From the IMG/VR virus record IMGVR_UViG_3300037781_000105, positions 1 to 24,946 of that record: a DNA stretch of 24,946 nucleotides. One strand, 5' to 3'. This stretch comes from a virus (Duplodnaviria > Caudoviricetes). The notes beneath the pieces are model-generated. The model saw nothing but the letters and a program-made list of their open reading frames with translations, was not told the DNA's origin and searched no databases. This document shows, one piece after another, positions 16,182 through 24,946 of this stretch (its first letter is position 1; each line of letters starts with the position of its first letter). A program made the position numbers and the translations under genes.

Positions 16182-16496
16182 ATGCCTGCGAATGGCAGAC
16201 AGTCGCGCTTCATGTCGCTCGTGGAGGCTGTCGCCAACGTGTTTGTTGGTTACGGCGTTGCGGTTCTTACGCAGATCCTGATCTTCCCGACCTTCGGGCT
16301 GCACACGACGCTGGCGCAGAACCTGAAGATGGGCGCGATCTTCACCATTGTGAGCATCGCTAGGTCCTTCGCCCTGCGGCGGGTCTTCGAGGCAATCCGG
16401 ATTAGAGCAAGGAAGCCGCCGCTTATACGGCGACGTCTTCCTTACCGCCGAGACTTCAGCGGAACAGCGGGGCGGGATCAGTCTTCGATACGATAG
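16182..16496 (+). CDS. Small two-TM membrane protein, both ends possibly remodelled
   Basis: QSRFMSLVEAVANVFVGYGVAVLTQILIFP...GAIFTIVSIARSFALRRVFE with two hydrophobic segments. The tail runs into the convergent gene. Confidence 0.6.
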   Translation: MPANGRQSRFMSLVEAVANVFVGYGVAVLTQILIFPTFGLHTTLAQNLKMGAIFTIVSIARSFALRRVFEAIRIRARKPPLIRRRLPYRRDFSGTAGRDQSSIR

Positions 16497-16720
16497 ACGC
16501 GTCCACGTTCTTCCACCTTTTCTGAGGTGATCGCGAGGCCAAGCTTCTTCTTGAGCGCGCCGGACATTGCGCCGCGCACCGTATGCGACTGCCACTCGGT
16601 AGCAGCGGTGATCTCTTCGATGGTCGCGCCTTCGGGCCGACGCAGGAGATCGATCATGATCTGCTGCTTGGTCTGGCGCGGGCCTGCATCATTTGTTGTG
16701 GAGGTGGAATTTTTGGCCAT
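16478..16720 (-). CDS. DUF3489 family winged-helix protein
   Basis: TKQQIMIDLLRRPEGATIEEITAATEWQSHTVRGAMSGALKKKLGL...RVYRI. Confidence 0.85.
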   Translation of the reverse strand: MAKNSTSTTNDAGPRQTKQQIMIDLLRRPEGATIEEITAATEWQSHTVRGAMSGALKKKLGLAITSEKVEERGRVYRIED

Positions 16721-16809
16721 GTTTGTCTCCGGTTGTCGGGGCGCGCGGTATGCGGCCCTTCTACCGGGACAGGCCCCACAGGGGGGGCAAATCTGCTTTG
16801 CCGTGCGGC

Positions 16810-17037
16810 TCAGATCAGTCCGAGGTCTTTCAGACAGGCGGCCGCATCGATCAGCTGATCGGTCGGCAACTCGATTGTGATTGTCATGCTGTCGGCGTAG
16901 GCGCGGACATAGACGCCACCGTCGTCCATCAGGGCGCTTTCGATTTCGTCGAGGACCGTGGTGATGCGGCTTCGGTCGAAGTGATCGGGTAGCTTGCGGA
17001 TCGGCAATCGGATGGTGCTGGTTTCCATGGTGCTCAC
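16810..17037 (-). CDS. Hypothetical protein
   Basis: GTGA overlap with the upstream gene; protein-like sequence. Confidence 0.7.
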   Translation of the reverse strand: MSTMETSTIRLPIRKLPDHFDRSRITTVLDEIESALMDDGGVYVRAYADSMTITIELPTDQLIDAAACLKDLGLI

Positions 17038-17303
17038 TCGGCGTGCTCGCCTTCGCTGAAAGCGCTGTCGGTGATGCGCTTCACGAGGCTGGCGTAGTGC
17101 TCAAGGGTGCCGACATGGCCCCAGTTGATCTCGTCGGGGTGGGCGTTGAAATGGTCGTCGCTGAGGCTCTGTAGCCGGGCGAGCATCTCGTCGATCTCGG
17201 CTTTCTTGCCAAGGAAGGCGTTCAAAGCGGCCTCCTTGTTGCGGCGTGCCTTCTCGGCGCGGAGTTGGTGGCGGGGCGTTGTCTGCGGGTTCAGGCGGGT
17301 CAT
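17034..17303 (-). CDS. Hypothetical protein
   Basis: ALNAFLGKKAEIDEMLARLQSLSDDHF...INWGHVG. GGAG RBS. Confidence 0.78.
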   Translation of the reverse strand: MTRLNPQTTPRHQLRAEKARRNKEAALNAFLGKKAEIDEMLARLQSLSDDHFNAHPDEINWGHVGTLEHYASLVKRITDSAFSEGEHAE

Positions 17304-17344
17304 CGTGGCGGCTCCGTGGTGCGTTGAATCGTTTTCGTAGGATC

Positions 17345-17383
17345 ACGTTCGCTCTGGTGCGGAGGCTTATCAACTACATAAGC
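17345..17383 (-). promoter_or_regulatory. Putative promoter/operator of the reverse mini-operon
   Basis: Minus-strand TTGATA-N17-GAACGT, with the -35 overlapped by the inverted repeat GCTTAT-N7-ATAAGC (17365-17383). Confidence 0.4.
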
Positions 17384-17414
17384 ACATGATTTTGAATGAT
17401 AATCGGAGCGCGTC

Positions 17415-17975
17415 ATGGAGGGTCTGAGCGAGCGCCAATACGCCGCCCGCGTCGGTCTCTCACGCGGAGCAATCCAGAAGGCCAAGGCAACTGGGCGGCT
17501 GGTTCTGCACGCTGATGGCAGCATTGACGCGCAGGCCAGCGATGCACTGCGCGCTCAAGCCACGGACCCATCTAAGACCCGCAAGGCCCCGAAGCCGAAG
17601 CTCAAACCCGTCCCTGAGGCTGCGGTCTCGGCCGTGGGCGAAACCCTGCGCGAACAGGGAATTTCTGCCCCGGCGGTGGGCGGCGGCACCACTTTCCTGC
17701 AGGCCAAGACGGCCAACGAAGTTCTGAAAGCGCAAGAGCGCCGTCTGCGGCTTCAAAAGCTGAAGGGCGAATTGATCGACCGGGCCCGCGCTCTGTCGCT
17801 GGTTTTTCGGCTGGCGCGGCAGGAACGTGATGTCTGGGTCAATTGGCCCGCGCGTGCCGCGGCGCTGATGGCGGCCGATCTGGGCGTTGAGCCTGCCGCG
17901 ATGCAAAAGGTCCTGGAGAAACATGTCCGTGCCCAGCTCGACGATCTCGCCGAGGTCAAACCCGATCTCCGGTGA
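17415..17975 (+). CDS. Terminase small subunit (Nu1-like)
   Basis: N-terminal HTH (LSERQYAARVGLSRGAIQKA) and coiled coil (LRLQKLKGELID), directly before TerL. Confidence 0.8.
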   Translation: MEGLSERQYAARVGLSRGAIQKAKATGRLVLHADGSIDAQASDALRAQATDPSKTRKAPKPKLKPVPEAAVSAVGETLREQGISAPAVGGGTTFLQAKTANEVLKAQERRLRLQKLKGELIDRARALSLVFRLARQERDVWVNWPARAAALMAADLGVEPAAMQKVLEKHVRAQLDDLAEVKPDLR

Positions 17976-19911
17976 GAATTTCGAGGGTGCGGCTGAAATC
18001 TTGCGCGCCTGGAATGAAGGCCTCACACCGGATCCGGACCTGACAGTATCGGAATGGGCGGATCGGCACCGGATGCTGTCGGGCCGGGCTTCGGCTGAGC
18101 CGGGGCGGTATCGCACGGCCCGCACGCCCTATATGGGCGAGATCATGGACCGGCTCTCGCCCGGTGATCCGACACAGCGGATCGTGTTCATGAAGGCAGC
18201 TCAGGTCGGTGCGACCGAGGCGGGCAACAACTGGATCGGCTTTGCGATCCACCAGGCGCCGGGCCCGATGCTCGCGGTCCAGCCCACGGTGGAACTGGCG
18301 AAACGCAACTCGCGCCAGCGGATCGATCCGCTGATCGACGAAAGCCCGGAACTGCGGGAGCGGGTCAAACCGGCGCGCTCGCGCGACGCGGGCAATACAA
18401 TGCTGTCCAAGGAATTCGCGGGCGGCATCCTGATCATGACCGGGGCGAACTCGGCGGTAGGTCTCCGCTCGACCCCGGCGCGGTACATCTTCCTCGACGA
18501 GGTCGATGCCTATCCGGCCTCGGCCGACGAGGAAGGCGATCCGGTGACGCTGGCGGAAGCGCGCTCACTGACCTTCGCGCACCGGCGCAAGGTGTTCCTG
18601 GTCTCGACACCGACGATACGGGGGATGAGCCGGATCGAACGGGACTACGAGGCCAGCGATCAACGCCGGTTCTTCGTGCCATGTCCGCATTGCGGCGCGA
18701 TGCAGTGGCTGAAGTTCGAACGGCTGCGCTGGGAAAAAGGACAACCGGAAACAGCGGAATATCACTGCGAGGGCTGCGACGCGCCCATCGCCGAACATCA
18801 TAAGACGTCGATGCTGGAGGCAGGCGAATGGCGGGCGACCGCCACGGCAGCGGATCCCAATACCGTCGGCTACCACCTCTCGGCGCTCTATTCGCCCATC
18901 GGCTGGCTCAGTTGGGAGCGGATTGTGCGGGCCTGGGACGCGGCTCAAGGATCGGACGAGGCAATCAAGGCGTTTCGCAACACGATCCTCGGGGAGACAT
19001 GGGTTGAGACCGGCGAAGCGCCTGACTGGCAGCGGCTCTACGACCAGCGAGAACGCTGGAAACCGGGCATTGTCCCGGCGGGCGGGCTGTTCCTGACCGC
19101 CGGCGCCGATGTGCAGAAAGACCGCATTGAGGTCGATGTCTGGGCCTGGGGCCGTGAGCTCGAAAGCTGGCTCGTCGATCACATCGTGATCGAGGGCGGG
19201 CCCGACCGGCATCAGGTTTGGGGCGACCTGACAGAACTGCTCGGTCGAACGTGGCCGCATGAACGCGGCGCGCATCTCAGGATCGCGCGGCTCGCCATCG
19301 ACACCGGCTACGAGGCCCCGGCGGTCTATTCCTGGTCGCGGGCGCAGGGGTTTGGACAGGTGTCGCCGGTGAAGGGCGTCGAGGGGTTCAACCGCTCGAG
19401 CCCTGTGTCGGGGCCGACCTTCGTGGACGCGACCGAGGGCGGGAAACGCCTGCGGCGCGGGGCGCGGCTCTGGACCGTGGCGGTGTCGACCTTCAAGGCC
19501 GAGACCTACCGCTTCCTGCGGCTGGCGCGCCCGACCGATGAGGAAATCGCCGACGGGGCGGCGTTCCCGCCCGGCTCGATGCACCTGCCGCACTGGGTCG
19601 AGAACGAATGGCTGAAGCAGTTCGTGGCCGAGCAGCTGGTGACGGTGCGCACCAAGCGCGGCTTTGCCCGGCTGGAATGGCAGAAGCTGCGCGAGCGCAA
19701 CGAGGCGCTGGACTGCCGGGTCTACGCCCGCGCCGCCGCCTGGATCGCGGGCGCGGACCGCTGGTCTGATGCGAAATGGCGCGACCTCGAGGATCAACTC
19801 GGGGCGGCTCCCACCGACACCGATCCCGCGGGGCAGATCAACCGGCCGGGACAGGCCCCGCAGGGCAAGCGCCGCTCCGACTGGCTCGGGCGGCGGGAGG
19901 GATGGTTTTGA
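17923..19911 (+). CDS. Terminase large subunit, lambda GpA family
   Basis: KAAQVGAT, FLDEVD, VSTPT, CPHC/CEGC, GADVQ, RNEALDC. Start uncertain (ATG 17923 or ATC 17965). Confidence 0.93.
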   Translation: MSVPSSTISPRSNPISGENFEGAAEILRAWNEGLTPDPDLTVSEWADRHRMLSGRASAEPGRYRTARTPYMGEIMDRLSPGDPTQRIVFMKAAQVGATEAGNNWIGFAIHQAPGPMLAVQPTVELAKRNSRQRIDPLIDESPELRERVKPARSRDAGNTMLSKEFAGGILIMTGANSAVGLRSTPARYIFLDEVDAYPASADEEGDPVTLAEARSLTFAHRRKVFLVSTPTIRGMSRIERDYEASDQRRFFVPCPHCGAMQWLKFERLRWEKGQPETAEYHCEGCDAPIAEHHKTSMLEAGEWRATATAADPNTVGYHLSALYSPIGWLSWERIVRAWDAAQGSDEAIKAFRNTILGETWVETGEAPDWQRLYDQRERWKPGIVPAGGLFLTAGADVQKDRIEVDVWAWGRELESWLVDHIVIEGGPDRHQVWGDLTELLGRTWPHERGAHLRIARLAIDTGYEAPAVYSWSRAQGFGQVSPVKGVEGFNRSSPVSGPTFVDATEGGKRLRRGARLWTVAVSTFKAETYRFLRLARPTDEEIADGAAFPPGSMHLPHWVENEWLKQFVAEQLVTVRTKRGFARLEWQKLRERNEALDCRVYARAAAWIAGADRWSDAKWRDLEDQLGAAPTDTDPAGQINRPGQAPQGKRRSDWLGRREGWF

Positions 19912-20120
19912 TGACGGACTGGACCGAAACCGAGCTTTCGGCGCTGCGCCGGGCCTATGCCAGCGGCACGACGCGCGTCAGCTATGACGGCAAGTCGGTC
20001 GATTACGGCTCGGCCGAGGATCTTCTGGCGCGTATTCGCACCATCGAGCGCGCCATCGCGGTGACGACACAGCCGCTGCCGATTGCCGGGCTCGCGGGCT
20101 TCTCGCGTGGAGATCGCTGA
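19911..20120 (+). CDS. gpW-like head-tail joining protein
   Basis: GTTRVSYDGKSVDYGS. Lies between TerL and portal with TGATG coupling on both sides. Confidence 0.85.
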   Translation: MTDWTETELSALRRAYASGTTRVSYDGKSVDYGSAEDLLARIRTIERAIAVTTQPLPIAGLAGFSRGDR

Positions 20121-21679
20121 TGTCGGCGAACTGGTTTGACCATGCGATTGCCACGGTGGCTCCGCGCGCTGCGGCCCGCCGCGTTCTTGCCAGGCAGGCG
20201 TTCGAAACCCTGACGCGCGGCTATGACGGCGCGGCCAAAGGGCGGCGGACCGAAGGCTGGCGCGCGCCGGGCACCTCTGCTGACACGGAAGTCAGCGTGG
20301 CCGGAGCACTCTTGCGCGACCGGATGCGCGATCTGGTGCGCAACAATCCGCATGCGGCCAAAGCCGTGGCGGTGCTGGTGAACAACATCGTCGGCGCGGG
20401 CATCATGCCGCGCGCCGCCAGCGGCAATGACAAACTGGACCGCAAGGTCGATGCGCTCTTTGCGCAATGGTCGGACACGGCCGATGCTGACGGCCAGCTC
20501 GACTTCTATGGCCTGCAAACGCTGATCTGCCGCGAGATGGTAGAGGCGGGCGAGGTGCTGGTGCGCCGGCGTCTGCGCCGTGCAAGCGACGGTCTGTCCG
20601 TCCCGCTGCAAGTGCAGGTGCTGGAGGCCGACTTCCTCGACGCCACCAAGTCCGGCGCACTCGGCGCAGGACGGCTGGTTCAAGGGATTGAGTTCGACCC
20701 GGTCGGCAAGCGCCGGGCCTATTGGCTGCATGCCGAGCATCCGGGCGACGCCTATGGCGCATTGCAGAACGGGTTGCAGAGCCGTCCGGTCCCGGCGACC
20801 GAGATCGCCCATGTCTACGAGAAGCAGCGCACGCAGGCGCGCGGCGTGCCATGGGGGGCACCGGTGATCCGCAGCTTGCGCGATCTAGACGACTACGAGG
20901 TGGCAGAGCTGGTCCGCAAGAAGACCGAGGCCTGCGTCACCGCCATCGTCTTCGGCGACGACGAGGCGCAACAGGGCATCGCACCATCCGTGGTCGACGC
21001 CGATGGCAACCGGGTCGAACAGTTCGAGCCGGGGCTGATCGCCTATGCGCGCGGCGGCAAGGACATCCGGTTCAACCAGCCGTCAGCCACTGGCGGCTAC
21101 GCCGAGTACAAACGGGCCAGCTTGCACACGATCTCGGCCGGGTTCCGGGTGCCCTACGAGTTGCTGACCGGAGACCTGTCCCAGGTGAACTACTCGTCGA
21201 TCCGGGCGGGCCTCGTCGAGTTCCGCCGCCAGATCGACGCCGTGCAGTGGCAGCTCTTCATCCCGATGTTCTGCACACCAGTCTGGCGCTGGTTCACGGA
21301 AGCCGCGTGGGCTGCGGGCCAGATACCGACGCCGGAGGTGCCCGTCGAATGGTCGCCGCCGAAGTTCGAGGCGGTCGATCCACAGAAGGACGCGATGGCG
21401 AACCTCCTGTCGATCCGCTCAGGCACCATGACGCTCGCGGAGGTGATCGCGCGACAGGGCCGCAACCCGGACGCCGTGCTGGCTGAGATCGCCGCGACCA
21501 ATGCCAAGCTCGATGACCTTGGGCTGGTGCTCGACAGCGACCCCCGCCGCGTCACCAAAACCGGCAGTGCACAATCCAATGACGGGGCCAGCGATCCGTC
21601 GAACGAACCGGCCGAGGACGAGCCCGCTGCCGACACGGACACCGACCCGGCGCAGGCCGAGCCCGACCAACAGGACTGA
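20120..21679 (+). CDS. Portal protein, lambda family
   Basis: LRDRMRDLVRNN, RGVPW, LTGDLSQVNYSSIRAG, VDPQKD. Confidence 0.95.
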   Translation: MSANWFDHAIATVAPRAAARRVLARQAFETLTRGYDGAAKGRRTEGWRAPGTSADTEVSVAGALLRDRMRDLVRNNPHAAKAVAVLVNNIVGAGIMPRAASGNDKLDRKVDALFAQWSDTADADGQLDFYGLQTLICREMVEAGEVLVRRRLRRASDGLSVPLQVQVLEADFLDATKSGALGAGRLVQGIEFDPVGKRRAYWLHAEHPGDAYGALQNGLQSRPVPATEIAHVYEKQRTQARGVPWGAPVIRSLRDLDDYEVAELVRKKTEACVTAIVFGDDEAQQGIAPSVVDADGNRVEQFEPGLIAYARGGKDIRFNQPSATGGYAEYKRASLHTISAGFRVPYELLTGDLSQVNYSSIRAGLVEFRRQIDAVQWQLFIPMFCTPVWRWFTEAAWAAGQIPTPEVPVEWSPPKFEAVDPQKDAMANLLSIRSGTMTLAEVIARQGRNPDAVLAEIAATNAKLDDLGLVLDSDPRRVTKTGSAQSNDGASDPSNEPAEDEPAADTDTDPAQAEPDQQD

Positions 21680-21684
21680 CCAAT

Positions 21685-23739
21685 ATGGACACGATGATCG
21701 AAATCCCGGCCTTGCGCCGGACGGCGGAGCTTGCGCCAAACTCAGCCGATACAGATACCCGCACCGTCGAGGTGATCTGGTCGGCAGGGGCGCGGGTCCG
21801 CCGCTCGACACTGTTCGGTGAGCCCTATGACGAAGAGCTCAGCCTCGATCCGGACCATGTGCGGCTGGACCGGCTGAATGCGGGCGCGCCGTTCCTGAAA
21901 GTGCATGAGGTCGACACGCTCGATGCCGTGATCGGCTCGGTTGTCCCGGGGTCCGCCAGGATCGAAAACGGCCGCGGCGTTGCGCAGGTCCGGATTTCTG
22001 AGCGCGCTGATGTCGAGCCGATCTGGCGCGATATCCAGGCAGGGCACATCCGTGCGGTCTCCATCGGTTACCAGGTCCACCGCTTCGAGGTCTCAAAACC
22101 CGAAGCGGCCCGTGAGCTCTGGCGCGCGGTGGACTGGACGCCCTTTGAGGTGTCCGCCGTGCCTGTCGGCGCGGACCCCGCCGCGGGCTTTCGCGCCAAA
22201 TCTCAACTTCACGACTGCGTCCTCCATCGCCGGGACGTCCCACCCACCAACACAGGAGCCATCCCGATGACGGAGAAAACCAATACCCCGGCCGCAGAGG
22301 CCAGAGACGAGCCCAGCGACGTCAATGCTGTCGGGGACACCACCATGACTGAACCCAAGATGCCCGACGCCGAGCCGAAGGTCGCTGCCGTCGAGACGCG
22401 CGCGCAGCCGAAGCCGCAGAAGCCAGAAGCCACCGCAGCACCCGATACCGAGGCTGTCGCAACCCGCGCCCGCGAAACCGAACGCGATCGCGTCTCCACG
22501 ATCTATGATCTGGCCGGTCGCCTGAACCTCGAGCGCAGCTTTGCCGAGGATCTGGTGAAACGTGGCACCGACGTCGATGAGGCGCGTCGCCTGATCCTCG
22601 ATCAGGTCGCCGCCAAGTCCGAAGAATCCCGCACCTTCAGCCAGGTGTCGATCCCGCTGGGCGGCCGCGATGAGCAGGTCACCCGCCGCGACGCCGTCGC
22701 AAACGCGCTGCTGCACCGCTACAGTCCGACGCTGTTCGAGCTGGAGGACGCCGCCCGCCAGTATCGCGGCATGACGCTCATGGAACTGGCCCGGGAAAGC
22801 CTCGGCAATGCCGGGGTCAATACGCGTGGCCTGTCGCGCGACGAGGTGGCCACGCGGGCCCTACATTCGACATCGGACTTCCCCGAGATCCTCTCGGCGG
22901 TCACCAACAAGACCCTGCGGCAGGCCTATGAGGCTTATCCCCGGACCTTCATGCTGTTCTGCCGCCAGGTGTTGGCCACCGACTTCAAGGCGATGCACCG
23001 GGTCCAGCTTGGCGAGGCACCGCAACTTCTGGAGGTAAGCGAGAGCGGCGAGTTCAAGCGCGGGACGCTCGGTGAGAGCAAGGAAAGCTACAAGGTCAAG
23101 ACTTATGGCCGGGTGGTCGCCATCACCCGCCAGACGCTGATCAACGACGATCTCGACGCCTTCACGCGGATCCCGGCTATGTACGGCAACTCCATCGCGC
23201 AGCTGGAGTCGGACGTTGTCTGGGGCATCATCACCGCCAACCCGGCGATGGCCGATGGCAACGCTCTGTTCCACAACAGCCATAAGAACCTGGCAGGCAC
23301 CGGTGCGGCGCTCGATGTGACCAGCGTCGGTGCGGCCCGCGCCGCCATGGCCAAGCAGACCGGCCTGGACAAGAAGACGGTACTCAATGTCCGGCCAGCT
23401 TTCCTGATCGTGCCTGCATCGCTCGAACTGAAGGCCGAGCAGATGGTGGCCCAAAACCTTGTACCCGCCGCAACCTCCAACGTCGTGCCGCAATCGATCC
23501 GCACGCTCGCGCCCATCAGCGAGCCCCGGCTCGATGCCTCCAGCGAGACCGCCTGGTATCTGGCGGCCAGCCCGAACCAGATCGACACCATCGAGTACGC
23601 CTATCTCGAGGGCCAGCAGGGCGCCTACATCGAGACGCGCAACGGCTTCGACGTCGACGGTGTCGAGATCAAGTGCCGCCTCGACTTCGGCGCCAAGGCC
23701 ATCGATTGGCGCGGCCTCTACAAGAACCCGGGCGCATAA
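21685..23739 (+). CDS. Prohead protease / major capsid fusion protein
   Basis: HK97-type protease motifs (FLKVH, AVSIGY, EVSAVPVGAD), a low-complexity linker, then a capsid domain (HSTSDFP, ESGEFK, DDLDAF, LDFGAKAIDWRG). Confidence 0.92.
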   Translation: MDTMIEIPALRRTAELAPNSADTDTRTVEVIWSAGARVRRSTLFGEPYDEELSLDPDHVRLDRLNAGAPFLKVHEVDTLDAVIGSVVPGSARIENGRGVAQVRISERADVEPIWRDIQAGHIRAVSIGYQVHRFEVSKPEAARELWRAVDWTPFEVSAVPVGADPAAGFRAKSQLHDCVLHRRDVPPTNTGAIPMTEKTNTPAAEARDEPSDVNAVGDTTMTEPKMPDAEPKVAAVETRAQPKPQKPEATAAPDTEAVATRARETERDRVSTIYDLAGRLNLERSFAEDLVKRGTDVDEARRLILDQVAAKSEESRTFSQVSIPLGGRDEQVTRRDAVANALLHRYSPTLFELEDAARQYRGMTLMELARESLGNAGVNTRGLSRDEVATRALHSTSDFPEILSAVTNKTLRQAYEAYPRTFMLFCRQVLATDFKAMHRVQLGEAPQLLEVSESGEFKRGTLGESKESYKVKTYGRVVAITRQTLINDDLDAFTRIPAMYGNSIAQLESDVVWGIITANPAMADGNALFHNSHKNLAGTGAALDVTSVGAARAAMAKQTGLDKKTVLNVRPAFLIVPASLELKAEQMVAQNLVPAATSNVVPQSIRTLAPISEPRLDASSETAWYLAASPNQIDTIEYAYLEGQQGAYIETRNGFDVDGVEIKCRLDFGAKAIDWRGLYKNPGA

Positions 23740-23768
23740 GCCGGGCAATCCCTGACATCACACCTCTG

Positions 23769-23802
23769 ACGGGCGGTCCGAACGGGCCGCCCGTTCCTGT
23801 TT
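23769..23802 (+). terminator. Stem-loop after the capsid gene (weak terminator or mRNA stabiliser)
   Basis: ACGGGCGGTCC-GAAC-GGGCCGCCCGT followed by TCCTGTTT. Confidence 0.6.
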
Positions 23803-23818
23803 GCAAAGGAACGTGCAC

Positions 23819-24154
23819 ATGAAGAACTACGTCCAGCCCGGCAATACTCTCACACTGACTGCGCCCTATGCAGTGACATCCGGCGATAGCTTGCTCGTTG
23901 GCTCCATCTTCGGCGTCGCCTCCGGGGACGCTGCCCTAAACGATCCCGTTGAGATCGCCCTGACCGGCGTGTTCGACCTCACCAAGGTAGGCTCGCAGGC
24001 CTGGACAGTCGGGGCGAAGGTCTATTGGGACGACACCAACAAGCGCACCACGAGCGTGGCCACATCGAACACGTTGATCGGCGTTGCCACCGAACCTGTT
24101 GCTGGCGGAGCCGGTGACACGATCGGCCGGGTGCGCCTGAACGCGAGCTTCTGA
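23819..24154 (+). CDS. DUF2190 family capsid-associated protein
   Basis: MKNYVQPG...GVFDLTK...GAKVYWD...VRLN. AAGGA RBS. Confidence 0.88.
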   Translation: MKNYVQPGNTLTLTAPYAVTSGDSLLVGSIFGVASGDAALNDPVEIALTGVFDLTKVGSQAWTVGAKVYWDDTNKRTTSVATSNTLIGVATEPVAGGAGDTIGRVRLNASF

Positions 24155-24465
24155 TGACGGCGTTTGCCGCCATCGTTGATGCACTGTTCTCAGATCCCAA
24201 CATCGGGCGGGAAGCGGTCTACATCGCCGATGGCGTCGCGCCCGTGCTGGTGCGCGTCGTTGCTCGCCGTGCGGACGCGATCACCGACTTCGGCGATGCC
24301 CGGCTCTGGTCCGAGACTACTCGGATCGACCTGCGCGTCGCCGAGGTGGCGAAACCATGCCCCGGCGACCGAGTGGAGATCGACGGGGACGCCTTTCTCA
24401 TTCAAGGCGAGCCCGTCCGCGACCGCGAGCGGTTGGTCTGGACCGTGGAACTGAGGCAAGCGTGA
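24154..24465 (+). CDS. Head-tail joining protein
   Basis: TGATG coupled; PCPGDRVEIDG...RLVWTV; position after DUF2190. Confidence 0.75.
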   Translation: MTAFAAIVDALFSDPNIGREAVYIADGVAPVLVRVVARRADAITDFGDARLWSETTRIDLRVAEVAKPCPGDRVEIDGDAFLIQGEPVRDRERLVWTVELRQA

Positions 24466-24946
24466 AACTGATTCTCGACATTGATCCCGACATCGTCGCG
24501 ATGATGTCGGCTGAGGTCGCGGCCGGCGAACGCGCGGTTACAGCCGCTATGCGCGAGGCCGGGACCGGGTTGAAGTCTTCGTGGCGGGCCCAGATTACCG
24601 GCGCAGGACTCGGGCGACGGCTCGCCAACTCGATCCGCAACCAGACCTTCCCGCGCGCAGGTGAAAGCCTTGATGCAGCGGCGCTGGTCTGGTCCAAAGC
24701 CCCGGTCATCGTGGGCGCCCATAACACTGGTCCGCTAATCCGCTCGAAAGATGGGTTCTACCTCGCGATCCCGACCGAAGCAGCAGGTCGAGGCCTGCGC
24801 GGTCGCCGGATCACCCCGGGCGAATGGGAGCGGCGGCGCGGTTTGCGCCTGCGCTTCGTCTATCGCCGCCGAGGACCCAGCCTCCTCGTCGCTGACGGGG
24901 CCCGCATCAACACCCGCGGACAGGCGGTGGCATCGCGTTCAAAGAC
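24462..24946 (+). CDS. DUF6441-like / tail-completion protein, 3' truncated by the window
   Basis: GTG start overlapping the previous stop. MKLILDIDPDIVAMM...WRAQITGAGLGRRLANSIR, open to the window end. Confidence 0.75.
   Translation, partial: MKLILDIDPDIVAMMSAEVAAGERAVTAAMREAGTGLKSSWRAQITGAGLGRRLANSIRNQTFPRAGESLDAAALVWSKAPVIVGAHNTGPLIRSKDGFYLAIPTEAAGRGLRGRRITPGEWERRRGLRLRFVYRRRGPSLLVADGARINTRGQAVASRSK

Larger units (their letters stand above)
1..24946. mobile_element. Integrated lambda-like prophage (serine-recombinase type); runs past both window edges
   Basis: Contiguous recombinase, regulation, replication, cos, terminase, portal and capsid modules with many ATGA/TGATG coupled junctions. 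No att site is visible in the window. Confidence 0.95.

Noticed and set aside
17367-17381. CtrA box
   Set aside because: TTAT-N7-ATAA has two mismatches to TTAA-N7-TTAA and is better read as an inverted repeat.
17415-24946. Gene transfer agent cluster
   Set aside because: GpA terminase, lambda-type portal, cos, integrase and replication genes indicate a prophage rather than an RcGTA head module.

Overview
This window holds the left and central part of a lambda-like (cos/GpA-type) prophage in a high-GC alphaproteobacterium. Rhodobacterales-like affinity is inferred from gene order and codon style. From left to right: (i) a minus-strand integration/excision operon (large serine recombinase 5' end, DUF2924, small ORF); (ii) a regulatory block (alphaproteobacterial LexA box, 724-aa protein with a possible C-terminal winged helix, Mu Com-like zinc finger, ECF-like sigma factor); (iii) a recombination/replication block (AAA_24 ATPase, SSB-like protein, SF2 helicase, DUF6511, Cas4-like nuclease, primase-helicase, iteron-rich origin, RuvC-like resolvase, DUF6362); (iv) a lambda-like cos site, a ParB-fused DNA methyltransferase, an inserted CIA30 gene and a small reverse operon; (v) head genes (TerS, TerL/GpA, gpW, portal, protease-capsid fusion, DUF2190, head-tail joining, start of a tail-completion gene). 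The main candidate for a new system is an apparent relay with no CI-type repressor in this window: host LexA box -> 724-aa activator -> Com-like translational activator (RBS hidden in a hairpin) -> sigma factor (RBS hidden in a hairpin) -> two identical bipartite motifs ATGTCCC-N16-TGGCTTTT in front of the replication operon and the divergent excision operon. The motifs are visible in the sequence. The wiring is inference, and family names come from motif recognition, not database searches.
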